Assembly (NCBI GenBank): GCA_013265495.1
Contig: MU061579.1
Location: 5,207,146-5,271,145, forward strand
DNA: 64,000 nt
Direction of reading: 5' to 3'
Source of the DNA: Vicugna vicugna
Taxonomy: Eukaryota
The notes beneath the pieces were generated by a model. The model made no database searches, was not told the DNA's origin, and worked only from the letters and a program-made list of their open reading frames with translations. Both the position numbers and the translations under genes were made by a program. Every line of letters begins with the position of its first letter. Positions within the stretch are counted from its first letter, which is position 1. Below are positions 1 through 13,732 of this stretch, in pieces.

Positions 1-518
1 AAGATTAGAAGTTTGGTGGGCTTGACGTCTCTGTTCTCAAGGCTGAAATCAAAGAGGTGATGGTCCTGGACTGACAGTTGAAGGCTCCAGTGGAGAATTC
101 ATTGCCAGTCTTACTTTATTGTTGGCAGAATTCAGTTTCGTGAACTTTTAGGACTGAGATCCTCATTTCCTTGCTGACTTGTCAGCTGGGAGCCTCTCAG
201 CTTCTTCAGACCACCTGCATTTCTTTTCAGTTGGCCTCTTCCATCTTTAAACAAGCCACAGGGCATTGAGTCAGTCCCACATTTTGATAGTTATTTCTTC
301 TCCCTCTGCCTCATCTATTCTACCTCCAGCTGGAGAATATTATCTGTTTTAAGGTCTCCTGTGATTAGACTGGGCCCACCTAGATAGTTCAGGTTACTCT
401 CTCTACTTGAGGTCTGTATCATTAATGATGACTGGAAAGTTAGTTTTGCCAAGTAAGAAAACACACTTACAGTTTCCAGGGATTAAGTTGTGAATGCCTT
501 TGTGTACTGATTACCATA
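1..518 (-). mobile_element. MaLR LTR (MLT1 family), truncated by window edge
   Basis: MLT1-like blocks in reverse orientation (aaggctgaaatcaa; gttggcagaattcagttt; gattagactgggcccacctagata; acagtttccagggattaag). Subfamily not determined. Confidence 0.75.
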
Positions 519-1099
519 GTACTTTATAGAAAGTTGAAAAGGCAGTGATCAAATTACGGGCCAACCATTCTCAGGTTTACATGCAATATTAGATGTTTAT
601 ATCCAAACAATTTTAATTATCATATAATAGTACTAAAGTTGAGCCACCATTATAAAAGATTATGTTACAAGATTGCAATGTTTTCAAATGTATACCTTTC
701 TTTAAAAAAAAATAGAATCAACTAGACTAGAAGTTGTTTCAAACAATACAAACTAGTAATTCAAATTTATACCTAGGAGTGAGCAAACAACAAACTTTTT
801 TTTTTTAAATAAATCTGTCAATTCTGTCAATCTCATGGATATAAGGACAATTTGCTTTTGAACTGCTTTTTAAAGTTAGCAGGAAAATAAGAAAAAAACA
901 AAACTTTTACAATGATAAATTGAAGTCTGAACTTAAATACTTAATTATTTAAAAGCTGATGTCAGTATTTTAATAGTAATAAATATCACCATTAGATAAA
1001 AATGAGATGAAAACTGTCTGACCTACTTGAAAAGCACTAAGCACATCCCTAGATAACCCTTCAAAATTTTTTAAAAGATAGATTAAGTAGAAATATTAG

Positions 1100-1720
1100 A
1101 AAATATTATAGTACAAATGACAGATAAGTGATGGATGATTATAATATAAAAATGGCATTTACAAATCATGAAGAAATACTTAAATTTATCTCATGGAAAA
1201 TACACATACAAACACGAAAAGACAGGTCCCAGAGCAGAGTTCAAAATGAACAAAATAACATATAAGAAAATGGAAAGAATTTTGGGTAATCAGAGAAACA
1301 GAAATTAAAATAAAACTGGGGTATCATTTTATACTTATCAGACTGGCAAGCATGAAACAGACAATATTTCTATCAGAGATCTGAATGAAATGTTTGTGTT
1401 TACATATCATGTCAGAGACATGAATCATTACATAATTTTTGAAAAGTGATTTTACAGTATCTATTACAATTAGATGTAACAGTATACATCGTATCATAAA
1501 CCATAAAATCAATCCCATGATACCTACATTTACATATATGTGAATACTTGTATTTATTGTAGCCTCTTTATAATAGAAAAAAGTAAGTACAGTGAATAAT
1601 TGTTGATTAAAAGTCATTTTAAAAACAATGGGACATATAAAGCGGTAGATGTTATGCAGCCACTAAAAATAATTGATTAGAGGATTATACTAATTGATAT
1701 GGTGATGCTTCTGTGAAGCT
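1100..1720 (+). mobile_element. Old L1 (L1ME-like) 3' region fragment
   Basis: Degenerate L1 3' motifs (aaattaaaataaaactggggtatcattttatacttatcagactggcaa; ttatgcagccactaaaaa). Confidence 0.5.
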
Positions 1721-2529
1721 AAAAACTAAGAATTAGAAGTTACAGAGAAGTAGATGTAAACATCTGTTTCCTCTCTGCAGCTGTTCAGTACTTGAGAGGA
1801 GCACAGACAGCAGTTGAAGACGGCTGTGCCAAGAGCTGACTTCTGTAAGTTCATGACTTGCTTTGCATAGTAGGGTAAGACAAAGACCAGAAATATAACA
1901 TTAATAGATAGTTCTTATGGGGGTAGGATAAAAACTGGACCAACGTTTCATATAAACATTTAGAAAACGAGAGCAGGTCGAAATAGCACTATTTTGCTTA
2001 ACCACTTTTATGACACGAACACAAACAGTAATAGGAAGGCCTCATGCCCTTCATATAAAATTAATCCAAGCATAGTGAGTTTCTTCTATGCTGTTGGACT
2101 TAAAATTTTCGAGTTTTCTAACAGGTCTAAACTTCAACACAGCAAGAAAAGGTTTAAAAGTATTTTTCAGCTCTGACAAATTTGCAAAGATATGGCAGAG
2201 GACACTTGGCAAGTTTTACTAGATCTATTTCAGATATGAAATATTTATAAAAGCTAAATAAATGTTCCCCTTGTTAAAACTTTTTATTAGATTAAGACAA
2301 TAATTCCTAAAATTAGAAACAGAATTCTACTTTTCAGTATTAATAAGAATGACACAGAAATGTTAAACGGACAAATCTAAAAATCCTCCCCACCAAAAAA
2401 AGGAAAAAATTTTTAAAAACTTTATTTTAATCCAGTGAAGCAGTAAATGAAATTTGGAATAAGGTCACTTTTAACTTACCTTTTTTGGCTAGGAGTTTTT
2501 TGTTTGTTCGCTTTTTTTTTAACTTATAA

Positions 2530-3030
2530 ATCTCATTGTTCCCAAGGTTGAGGGCAAAAATTGGTACCACCTTTCTGGAGAAAATATTAGCAATATATTT
2601 AAATGTTTAATATCATCAATAATCAGTTTTAATCCTGGAATTTATCCTAAGGCAGTAATTTTAAAATATGAACCAAGATTTACTTAGAAAGATTTCATGA
2701 CTTTTAATAATTGATTTATAATTCCAAAAACAAAACCCAAAAAAATCAATGTTAACAAAAATATGGAAATCTGATATTATGATTCATCTACAAAAGAAAA
2801 TATTAAAAGTAATCTCAAAAACACTATGGCTTATCAGATAAAATTTATAAGGTAATGCTAAATTCAGAGAATTGATTTTGTTTTAATTCATGTATGCATG
2901 TATACAATAAGACTGGAGAAGATGTACATGAGTTATGGTTATGGTCAAGTGAAGGTAATTTCTTTCTCTTATTTTTAATATTTTAAAAATATTTTCCAAA
3001 GAGTACATACAACTTTTGAAATTAGGAAAA
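2530..3030 (+). mobile_element. Old L1 (L1ME-like) fragment
   Basis: aaattggtaccacctttctggagaaaatattagcaata...ggaatttatcctaagg resembles the L1 ORF2 end/3'UTR. Confidence 0.5.
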
Positions 3031-4499
3031 TGTTATTTGTGAGAAATGAAGATTCAGATTTGGCATCTCAATTCAAAATCCCCAACATCCAAAAGCTATT
3101 TTGTGTGATTTTACTTTCAGTGATGTCCCCTTACTGATGTTTAAAGTGGCTGTGGCTAGCATTTCCTTACCTCTGATAAGCTTTTCCTTTTAGAGCAGTT
3201 GAGGTACAGTGAGTAATTTCTTTCAGCTTATCACACATTAAAGTGTGAGGTTTCCTTGTGGGATTTAAAAAGCCACAAACTTTATAAACATAAGAATTAC
3301 TTCCACATTAAAGGACTAAACGCAGCAGGGTAGTGCTGCAGGCCCAGGGAATGACTTAGTCATTGAATTGAAATGGAATACTCCCCCCAGGTGATTCAGA
3401 AAATGTCATAATCTTTTCAATATGATGAACTGAACAGGCTTAGGGAGATCAAGGTAAAAGCCAGCTCGGAGGCTAAAAGGTGCAATCATCACAATTTGAA
3501 CTTTTAATCTGAAAGACCTTCAATTTCCACTCCCATTGGTGTCCACGGGACAGCTTAACTATAGGATTCACCTAATTCCAGCTCAGCTATTTGAAGGTAG
3601 TTTAAAAGCATCTATAAAGCATGTGGGATCATTCAAGAAGCTGAGATTTGGGCACTTGAAGTCTCCCAATGCTAGCATCACAGATCGTAACTTTTAAGCA
3701 TCTTCCTGCTTCAAATATAAGAATAGGCCCCCTTAAGATTGTTGCCAATAAAGACATAAACGTCAAAATCTGTTACAGGGCTGCTATAATTGATGGTTTG
3801 TGGATAAGGCCATGAAGGCTGATGTATGAAATGTGTGGTCTTTTGGATGACAGTGGGCAACTGCTGTAACTGTGACCTAGAATCCTTTAATTGGAACCAT
3901 AAACTTAGCAAGTCAAATGAAACAGTGAAAAATAGCAGCCTGAAAGGGGACACAGATTAAGGATCAATGTGGAAGTCTTAGAAAAACACAATGGGCTGCA
4001 GTGACTGACAGGGATATCCCACTTCAAAGAGCGGGTGAAAGAGCTCCCTCTGAGACATAGAGCCTGCATGCAGACATTAAGGGCTTTCCCCGAACCGTCA
4101 GGAAAATGGACTGCCAGGTGCATTGTTAAACTCAAGGAAACTAGCAGAGTGCATCTGTCCGGCTAAGATAAAGTTCTGTGCTTCAAAACTAGGAGACAGT
4201 GCGAATGATAAGATGGAATATGGGAAAATGCCCTTTGGACAAAAGGGAAAATTGATTCTAGGATTATAGGAAATACATGTCCTAAATAAAAATGCCAAAG
4301 TCCACTGCGTATCACTCCGTAGGTCCCCATGCAAATTAATCTGAATTTTCAGATATTTTTATGGAATACAGAGAAGCGGGACATGTACTCTATTCATGGG
4401 ATTGTATTTAAGAATACATACACCATTATCTCTAGTAATGAATCCACACAAATAAAACCTGATATTAAAATTTTGCTACTTTCAGTATACTTTTTAATT

Positions 4500-4700
4500 A
4501 CTGCTTTAAAAGTATTTATTTAATCCTCAATGCAAACCTATGAGAGAGTATCATTGATTTTTATATTTTACAAATGAGCAACACGAGCAAAAAGATATAT
4601 AAAGTAACTGATTCGATGTTATGCAGATAGTAAGTGGGAGAGGCAGGAGTTAAGCTCAGGCAGCATGATTTCACCGGCCACATGCCTAATCAAGACACCA
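4500..4700 (-). mobile_element. MIR SINE
   Basis: atttaatcctca...ttttacaaatgag...gtaagtgggagaggcaggagttaagctcaggcag, the MIR core in reverse. Confidence 0.7.
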
Positions 4701-4908
4701 GCGTCCCTACCCTAAGGAGGCGTAATAAAGCCCGTCCTCACTCTGCCAGAACTAGTATCCATCATTAGCATATCTCAGCTGTGAGAAAATAAACTGGATT
4801 ACTGATAACCTACTGGACTCCAGATTTTATACTGTATGGTACTTGTAGATGTTGATGTCTTTGATAACAAACAACTGTTGTATTACTTATTACAGGGTAC
4901 CATGTGTA

Positions 4909-4928
4909 GACACACACACACACACACA
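4909..4928. repeat. (AC)n microsatellite
   Basis: Visible acacacac run. Confidence 0.9.
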
Positions 4929-4965
4929 TTGTCCTTACTTATTCTTTCCCCATGTTGTGCCAGCT

Positions 4966-5146
4966 CAGTGGTTCTCAGGCTGACTGTAAAAGAAATACGT
5001 GGGGGCCTTTGTTATAAACACATATTGATCAGTATTATTCCAAGAAAATTCGATTCAGTAGGCATGGAGGTGGATCCAAGAATTCGCATTTCCAACAAAT
5101 TCCCAGATAATGGCAATGCTGCTGGTCCAGGGACCACACTGACCAG
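4966..5146. mobile_element. MER5A-type hAT-Charlie MITE
   Basis: cagtggttctca terminus; gattcagtagg...ttccaacaaattcccag...gctgctggtccagggaccacact are typical of MER5A. Confidence 0.8.
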
Positions 5147-6595
5147 CGTTCCAGCAGAAACCTCACCAAGGTTTATGTTTCTCCAAGGACGTCCATGGCT
5201 TTATTTAGTTCTGATTTTTATGGCTGTTAACTCTCAATACCTGAAATTGCCCCTTTTACATTTCTGAAAAAGTCACTGAAACCAGGCCCAAGGTGCACTT
5301 ATCAGGAAACGGTACTCCTGTTTGTTTATTTTTGGCTTAAACCCCAAACAGTGCACAGAACAACTGGTATCCAGCACGACCTCATATAACTGTTAAGTTC
5401 ACGATGTCTCTAATTTCATGAGGTTATCAAAGTTCTTGTTCCATTGCTATGAATGGTTCACTGATTCACTCTTACCTTCTGGATATCTGCTCTATCCCTT
5501 TTATTTATATTCTATTCTTGGAATATTTTCAATGTGTTTTTCCTTTTCATTTATTTATTTTTGCCATTTTTGTCTTTACTTATATTTACTCATCATAAGT
5601 GACTGGAGTCAAATAAACTACAAAGCAGCAGCCAATGTGGAAAAAACAGGCAGAGAGAAAGATGAAAGATAATATGATCCATGGCCTATCTGAATATGAA
5701 ACATAAAAAATATACAACAGTCATAAGCCTATATTCAAAGAGACATTATGTATTTGTTGACTTTTAAATTTAATTAAATTTTTGGCAAAAAAAAAAAAAG
5801 CCAGAAAACAGGCTTAATGCAGTTAGAAAGAGCAGAGGAACTCAACTAGTTTCTACAAAGCTTCTGCAACCAGATTCTGGAGAAGCACATACTTGTAACC
5901 CAGCAGTCATAATAACGGAATTATCTAACACAACATACTTGAAAATTCAATAGTAAGAGAGAAACAGGAACTGCAGGAGTTAGAGTTTAACAGAAAAAGT
6001 ACATTTTACAAACTAAATTTATCATAAAGAGAGCAGAGCTGAGTCAGATAAAGGAAGATGTCCTGTACTTGATAAACCCTGAACTACTTCTCAGCCGCAG
6101 GCTGCCAAGGCCACAGCATTATTATGGCCCAAAAGGCACAAATAAATCCAACTGAAAAAGCAAATAGCAAAACTGGGAAACAAGGGAAATTATTATAAAG
6201 ACAGACAAAATAATATCTTTTAAATCTAAATTATACTTGAACATTGTAGGAAAAAATAGTGTACTGATAGAAAAAAATAAAAGGTTTGGGTACAGAAATA
6301 GTAACCAAAGAAAAAGCAGAAATGTTCCAAACACCTGGTAATTATATCTGTGATATTTCACACGTCTCAAATAGTGTAAGAGTAAAATACAGAGGATAAT
6401 AGCAACATCTGGCATTTTCACCTTCCCAGGATTTACAAGTAGTTCTAGATTAATATTTGAAACATGCTGTTATCCATTAGGTCCTAGGAAAAAGTGTCTT
6501 AAGAAATATTTTTTTTCTGACGTACTCCATTCAATGGTCACGTGTTTAAAAAAAAGAAAAGAAAATATGTGTTTTCCTAAATCATTTGAGACACA

Positions 6596-7196
6596 CAGTC
6601 AACTCTCTTTATTCACAGATTTGGTGTTAGAGAATTTGTATATTCACTAAAACTTGTTTGTAACCCCAAAATCAACGCTCACAGTCAACTGTGCACATAA
6701 CACTGAGCTGTAAAATATATGAGTCCCCCACAGTGCATTTTCCCAGCTGAGGTGGAGTAAAGTGATGCTCTGCCTTCTTGTTTCAATTCTCATATTGTAT
6801 ACAAGTTTTCTTTTTGCAGTCTGTTCAGTCCCACTTTATACATTTTTGTGCTTCTATGAGGGTCTTGTTTCTTAAAAATAAATAGTGCTGAAATGCCGTA
6901 GTGTTCCTAAGCACAAGAAGGCTGTGATGTGCTTTATGGGAGAAATACGTTACACTAGTGTTTAGGTGTGGGTTACTGTGTTGCAGGCTGGAAGCTCGAT
7001 GTTAATGAATCAACAAGATATACTAAATAAGGTATTTTTAAACAGAAGCAGACTTTAAAATATACGATTTGAGCAGCTAACTAAGTGTCATGAACTGAGG
7101 CTCTGCAGGAACCTACTACTGAACGTCTATGTTTGTTGATTGCGTGTCCATACAACTTGATAGAACATAATCACCATGAATAATAAGAACTGACTA
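6596..7196. mobile_element. MER82-like non-autonomous Tigger element
   Basis: Termini cagtcaactctctttattcac / gaataataagaactgacta(ta); internal tgtaaccccaaaatcaa, cccagctgaggt, gttcctaagcacaagaaggctgtgatgtgc. Confidence 0.75.
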
Positions 7197-9579
7197 TATC
7201 TCTAATTTTGTCATTTGTCTCTCAAAAGTCCCATTGTTTACAAAGTTCCTTATCTCACTTTGATAGCTGGATTCTATTTTCTACTCATGAAAGTCACATC
7301 AAGAGCAAACATAAATTATCAGAGGCAAAAACAATGGAACTCTAAGTACAATTGTTGACCAACTGCATGGCATACAGTCTGACTCATCAAAAATTTCCGG
7401 TGGAGGCTCAATCCCAAGAATTGTGATGTAGGCTTAGGGACAGAATGACCGCTGTACTCAGGAGGTCATTAGGACCTAGCCTGGTATTCTAACTAAATGC
7501 CCTGCACAACACCATATAAAACAAAGGACAGAATTCAGCCTGAATCTTGACAAGCAACACTGTAAGGTCACTACAAGGAATATAAGGACTTCATAATTTC
7601 TTTTCTTTTTGTTAAGGGAATTAAACCCAAAGAAATGTACATTCAGCACCATCAGTCCTTTTGAAATCATATTTGATACGACTAGAATTATTGTGCTGCC
7701 CAACAGGGATTATCATTTTAGTGATAAAGTTATTGTCAACATCATAGTTTTGCAAAGTGGAGCCATCAGTGGTTCTAATGACCCCTATGGAAGTTAGAGT
7801 CAGAACTCTTTATTTAAAAACCTCATGGTAAACTTGGGCCTGTGCGCATTTGAATTATTGATATGAACATCAGATCCTTCAGGGTCTTCTGGGAATTCTA
7901 TAATTTGACAGGAGCCCAAAACTCCTGGGACACTTTTGTACTGAATTTGTAAAGATGTATTTCCCAAATGCATTTCAATTTTTGCATTTACTTTCCAGTC
8001 TTCTCTAGGGCTTTAGAAAAGGCATTAAGTAAAGGTTTTTAAATGGCTCCTTAGCATATCTCCTTTCTTCAAACAAATAAATGCATGCATTTTGAAAGGA
8101 TACTGGAAGAGCCCTTTATAATTCTTTACTATTCAACAGGAAAAAGATTAAAAAAAAAAAACAAACTACAAGATATTTTGCATCTCTGGATGTGTTTTTA
8201 AAATAAGATGGTTTTTGTGAAGAATTCCACACTTAAGGGGAGTATTAGCATCCAAAGAGCACGTGTTTTATCATTAGCCATTAATGAGACCAAAACACTT
8301 GCAGAAGGAAGGATTAAACTGCTGATTTGAAGTCTGAAATCAAAATCACCATATGGACTATTTTTAAATGACATGAAGGCCAGAGCCAAGTGACGAAATT
8401 CAGAGGAATATTCACAGGGCCACTTCTTTCAGGCAGTTACTACTTGCTTATGTAAGGCTTTGACATAAATAAAATCTTTGAAATTCCATTTCCATCAATT
8501 GCACTCCGTCCCCAAACAACTTTAGAAGAACGACAACTTGGCCACATTTCCTCCATACTCCCTTCCTTTGAAGGGATTCTCTTTCTTTCCTCACTGTCCA
8601 TCTCCGAATTCCATATTCCTCTTCAACACTTCTGTAAACCCCAATAAGCCTTTTTAACTTTAACAATTTTTCTTTCTTTTCATTTCTTTTCTTTTCACCA
8701 AATCTCTTCCTCTATACCTCTGGTCTCCCAGTTACATAGTTTTTGTATATATGCATAACTAAGCATAAATCTTCATTCATGTATGTGTATTTATTTTCCT
8801 TTGTAGAGAATTTAGAGCTCAACTACCAAGGCTAAGAAAAGAAACTAAGAATTTACTCTAAAAAATAATTATAAATGCATTAAAAAAAATCAGCTAGGTA
8901 GCTGAGGCTATGTAATCAGCTAAAAGTTTGAAGTATGAGATAAATAAATGATGGTAACTCTAAACATTAATGCTATGCAATACTTAGTGAATAAAGAGGG
9001 AGAGCAGGAGGGAGACAGAGAGATTAGGGCCCAAAGAATTGTTGGGGGAAAGAACCATAAAAGGAAGAAGTGTTCTAGTATGCGGCTCTTCAGAGGGACT
9101 ATCTGAGTTCCACAAAAGGGAAAATGTCCTGGTTGAACCAGGATATCAGGTTGTATAGGTCACTACACATAATATAATGTATTAAAACCTTTCCCAGGGA
9201 GGAGTTGCTGAGTGCTGCTTCAGTTAGGGAGGTGGAAGACTGAGAAGGCGAGGGTCACTGATGAGGAAATCCAGAGAAAACCCAAACAAAGGGTTTTGAA
9301 AGCATGACTGGGTTCAGGCGCTCAGTGAGCAGTGGGGGAAGGAAGGAGTCAGGGTGAGGTCTTAAGAAGTACTGCAGGTTACAAGACAAAGTCATGAGAC
9401 AAAACAAACCAAAAGGAAACAGTGGGGGTAGGGTAGAAAGTACTACTACGGTATTCATCAGATTTTAATTTATATGTATAAAAACATAAAAAGGAAACAT
9501 ATTTATATAGTGGATTATAAAAGTTCTACTATTAATAGCATTGATGGTACTTTTCTGTAATAGAAGAAATTAAACTCCA

Positions 9580-9960
9580 AATAATAATTGAGATCCTATT
9601 GTATGTCAAATGCTGTGCCAAACCATGAGATATAATGGTGACCTCAAACAAAAATACATTGTCACCAAATACTCTTACAGTCTCAGAAGGAGACATACTC
9701 AGACACACACATCACACATATATCACATATACTCAAACAGGAAACTTACAACTGTGACAACTGCTGAGAAAAATACAAGAGGAAGATAATATGAGAGCTT
9801 ATAATAATAAGTTGCCTCAAATAGTCAACTAAGAGTCACTACAGCAAAAATGGAAAGATTTTGTTAGGCAAAGTGGAAAAGCACCTACATTTGAAATTGA
9901 GGGAAAAGTGGATAAGGAAAATGCAAGGATCATTTGTAGGTATTCTATAGAATGTGTAGT
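9580..9960 (-). mobile_element. L2 LINE 3' fragment
   Basis: ttgagatcctattgtatgtcaaatgctgtgcca...cttacagtct followed by purine-rich L2-like sequence. Confidence 0.5.
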
Positions 9961-11940
9961 TTTTATTTTATTCATAATTTAATCTGGTTGTGCCATTCAC
10001 AGCAAACTGAAAAATGCTGATATTAGGCTTTAAAGTCACTTCCCTTAAGCTACTGATATGTTGCTCTTCAGTGCATCTCCCTGACCAAATGTTGGTGCCC
10101 TGAAGACCACATGGGACAGTTCATGGAATTAGGACATTTTTGTACTGCCACAATTGAAATATGTTTTTTTGTAGTGCTCATTTAAAGTAAGAGCTATTCT
10201 AAAAGTTGATGCATATATTTTATATGACTGTAGCAGATAATTCGCTTTTAGTAGGTGAAGCAAATCCTGCTCCAATCAAAAGTCAAATGTGATCCTTCTA
10301 AAAGCATTTTCAGTGATCATCTTCCCCTCAAGGTGGTCAATTGTCAGTTACAGATTAATTCAATTTTAGATTTCTCAGTGAGTACTCAAAGGTGCACTCA
10401 AAAGTGCACTTTGCCAAAGCACACTCAAAACACAATTACTGTGCACAGATTGCTTATAGCTCAACATGATTGGCATTCTTAACAAAGAAGGGTAGGGTAA
10501 AGGAACAGTATGCAGTCATGTTCAATTACGTCGTATTTAAATCATCACAAAACTGCTATGGCATGAATTACTTAATCATCATTTTACAGATTTGGAATCT
10601 TAATCTGGGAAAATTTAAATATTTTAATAGATATCTAACTAAACAACACTTCAATAGCTAAAAATGAGCATATCTTAAGCTCAAATGCCACAGACATTCA
10701 TTTATAGAATAAGCAAGAAATGCATATGATAACAATTTAATAAAAAATCTAGGTATGACCTCTGAGTATCATTAGGTGTTTGATGCTGTTACTTCAGGAA
10801 ACTGCACATAATTGAGTAAACCTTTGAAAACAGAAGGAGAAAATATTTTTACAAATATGAAGACATTTAAGGATTTCCCTCTTTGTTTTACTTTGTTCAA
10901 CACCTCTTCTGTTTTTTGGTTGGGTTTTTTTTGCATATTTTATATTGCATCAAGTAGTCTATGGACTAAAACAGGAAAAATAAAATATTCCTATAGAATC
11001 ACTAAAATCAATAATTTAAATTCCCTAGTCTATTTTAAATGAATCTACACTTGAAAACTACTTTTTTATCTGATGGTTAAATTCATTAATTCAGTGACGA
11101 GTATAGAAGCAGTATCTATAGGTCAGAGAAGACCCTTGATCTCAATAAGCTTACTCATAGATAGAAAAGGTTTTATATGTACATAAAATGATTAAAATGA
11201 TGGGAGTACTTCAGATGAAAGTAGCACTAAAAGCGCCCTGAATCAAGATGAATGGGAAACTATTCCAATAAACATATTTTGGATTAAAAAAAATGATGGA
11301 AATAGCACTTTGAACTACTCCCTAGTTTTCACAATACGATTCTGGTAGCTAACAACGAATGGATATTTTTAGAAATGTAGAGAAAGTTCTTGAAATTTAT
11401 TTTTTCACAGAAGTCAAAATAATTTTAGCTTAAGACACTAGGATGTGTGAACTAGCACTCAATCCAACTCCGTATTATTTCTTTCTCCAGAGTATCCCTT
11501 CCCCTCTAAACAGTATTCTCTTTAGGCTGATTAACAGTAATAGCTGTTTGCTCATAGTTGATCTCAATCCAGAATTCCTCCTGAGGTGTATCTGTAAGTG
11601 CATTTGCCTTTATCCTGTTTTGGCAGAATGTGTTAGTACTTGATCTTCTTCCACGACCATGACTGCTGGGTAAAGAATAATTTTCCAAAACAGAGAAAAC
11701 TTTTTTTGCACCAAAACATAGATCATAAGTATGACTCCTGGGTACATAATAATCTTAAGGAACAGGAAAAACCTCTATGCAACAAAGCATAGCTCTGCAC
11801 TGACGAGGGGCCTTTATTTCAGCCTGTGAGTTGATACACCAGTCTAAGTAGTGTAAGTGACCACATGATCATTACTTGGTAAGAATTAGCAAAGAAATAT
11901 GGAATTCTAAGCATTATTTAGGTTTTCAGAATAATAAGAC

Positions 11941-12172
11941 ATTATTACAGATGGACTCAAAGAAAATAAGCAGTTAAGTCCTGTTTCTTCTACAGGTAAA
12001 TGTCCATTTCTTTGTTTTTTGTTTCTTGTTTTTTTTTTACTAGATTAGTTAACAAAAGTATATCCTCAACTATTAAGTAAATTAGGTTTTTTCAGAGAAT
12101 GTAAGTCATGTTGAAATATTTCAATCCTGATAATGAGCATATTTAATTTAATAACAGTACAAATATTTAAAA
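11941..12172 (+). repeat. Diverged local duplication, copy A
   Basis: Aligns by eye with 12758-12992 (agttaagtYctRtttcttctacaggYaaat; tttttactagatt; taagtaaattRggttttt). Confidence 0.85.
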
Positions 12173-12757
12173 CTTTCCACTTTCAATAAATATTACTAGT
12201 AGATTTTCTGCTTTTAATCATTCAATTTTCATGTTTTCATTTTCTTTATACTTAACACATATGTTGAATCTTAATAGAAATAAAGTGCACCAACCAGCAA
12301 TCAACACTCATGTGTCTGGCACTCTGCATGTTACATTTTATTTTTTCAATAATACACTGATTACAAAAAATTGAAACCAATGAGAAAATTTAAAAAGTAC
12401 TACCTGGCTAATTTCCTTAACAGGTAAAACACAGAGTAACATATATGATACACAATGTATTTGGCCAAGTGCATGTACTGAAATTCATTTCATTTCCATA
12501 GGTGGAACATTTTGAGGAAATGCCTCTGTTTTACTCTCTGGTCACACATCAAGAAATCTCCACTTGCTATTTAACTGAGGAGTCAGATCTCTGTGGAGAT
12601 GTACAGAAGTATTGTTATGTTAACTATGTTGTTTTCATAGAAATTTTATTCTCAGATTAACTTTTATATTTCCTTTCAATCTAGTTTAGGAGAAGTGACC
12701 TATTCCCTTCTTTAATATTCCCTAAGCTGTATTTTTTCCTTAAATTGAGCTGTTCCA

Positions 12758-12992
12758 GATTATACATGGATTCAAAGAGAACTAGTTAAGTTCTATTTCT
12801 TCTACAGGCAAATACATGTCTTTATGTACACACACACACACATGTATTCTTTTTTTACTAGATTCTTTCACAAAATTATACCCTCATCCACTAAGTAAAT
12901 TGGGTTTTTCAGCGAATGCAAATCACGTTGAAAAGTTCCTGTTCTTGAGAATGAACATGTTTAACTTAATGCCTATATTAAAAACATTTAAA
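12758..12992 (+). repeat. Diverged local duplication, copy B
   Basis: Colinear with 11941-12172; has a (CA)n tract where copy A has a T-rich tract. Confidence 0.85.
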
Positions 12993-13717
12993 TACAAATA
13001 TTAAAAGTTAAAAATTAAGATTTTCATAGGTTGATTCAGATTGTACACAGCTAAGATATATTTTATTACCTAATGGGTCATATTCATTTCATCAATGACC
13101 CAATGCTCTATAAAACTCTCTTTAAAAATTCCAACAAGTTTGTCCATTCTCTCAGTTCTAAATTTTATAATTAAACAAGGTATATCATTTCATATTTTAT
13201 ACCACGTTTTAATCAGCTTTTCCTTTTAGTTTTATTCCTCACCCCAAAAAACAAATCTTTGCTGCTGAAAATTAATCTTCTAAGCTTCTTGTTGGCAAAG
13301 ACAAGAGAAAGGCTTTAGATAATCTAGAGTATTTTAAGCTCTCTCCCATGGGAAAGCAAATACTGTAATTTTTTTACATACAGGTTTTCTCTGAACTGTG
13401 AACAGATTTTTTTTTCAGAACTGTTTGTATTATAGTCATTTAAAACTAAAAACGATTTTTTAACAGGAACAAAGACATGCCAGTAAATGTTATAAAGGAT
13501 CCTAGACAAATTGCTCATAACACATTACAGGATACACTAAAATTATAGACTCTTTCTTTCTTTTTTTTTTTTATTCCTTCTGGATCCTTTCTCCTCAGAC
13601 ATCAATGTTCTCTTGCAAATAACTTTAAATTGGATATTAATAAACCTTTTTTGACATAGCCTCTATTACAAATTGTCTTAAACTTCCTTTTCACTCAGCA
13701 ACAGTCTTTCAGCAAAA

Positions 13718-13732
13718 TGCCACTAGGTGGTA
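13718..13732 (+). promoter_or_regulatory. CTCF-like motif TGCCACTAGGTGGTA
   Basis: Close match to the CTCF core CCASYAGRKGGCR; motif match only. Confidence 0.4.

Noticed and set aside
4836..5267. 143-aa ORF
   Set aside because: Runs through a (CA)n tract and MER5A; no protein family resemblance.
10381..10430. Short imperfect repeats (gtgcactcaaa)
   Set aside because: Three or four degenerate ~11-bp units without spacers; not a CRISPR-like array.
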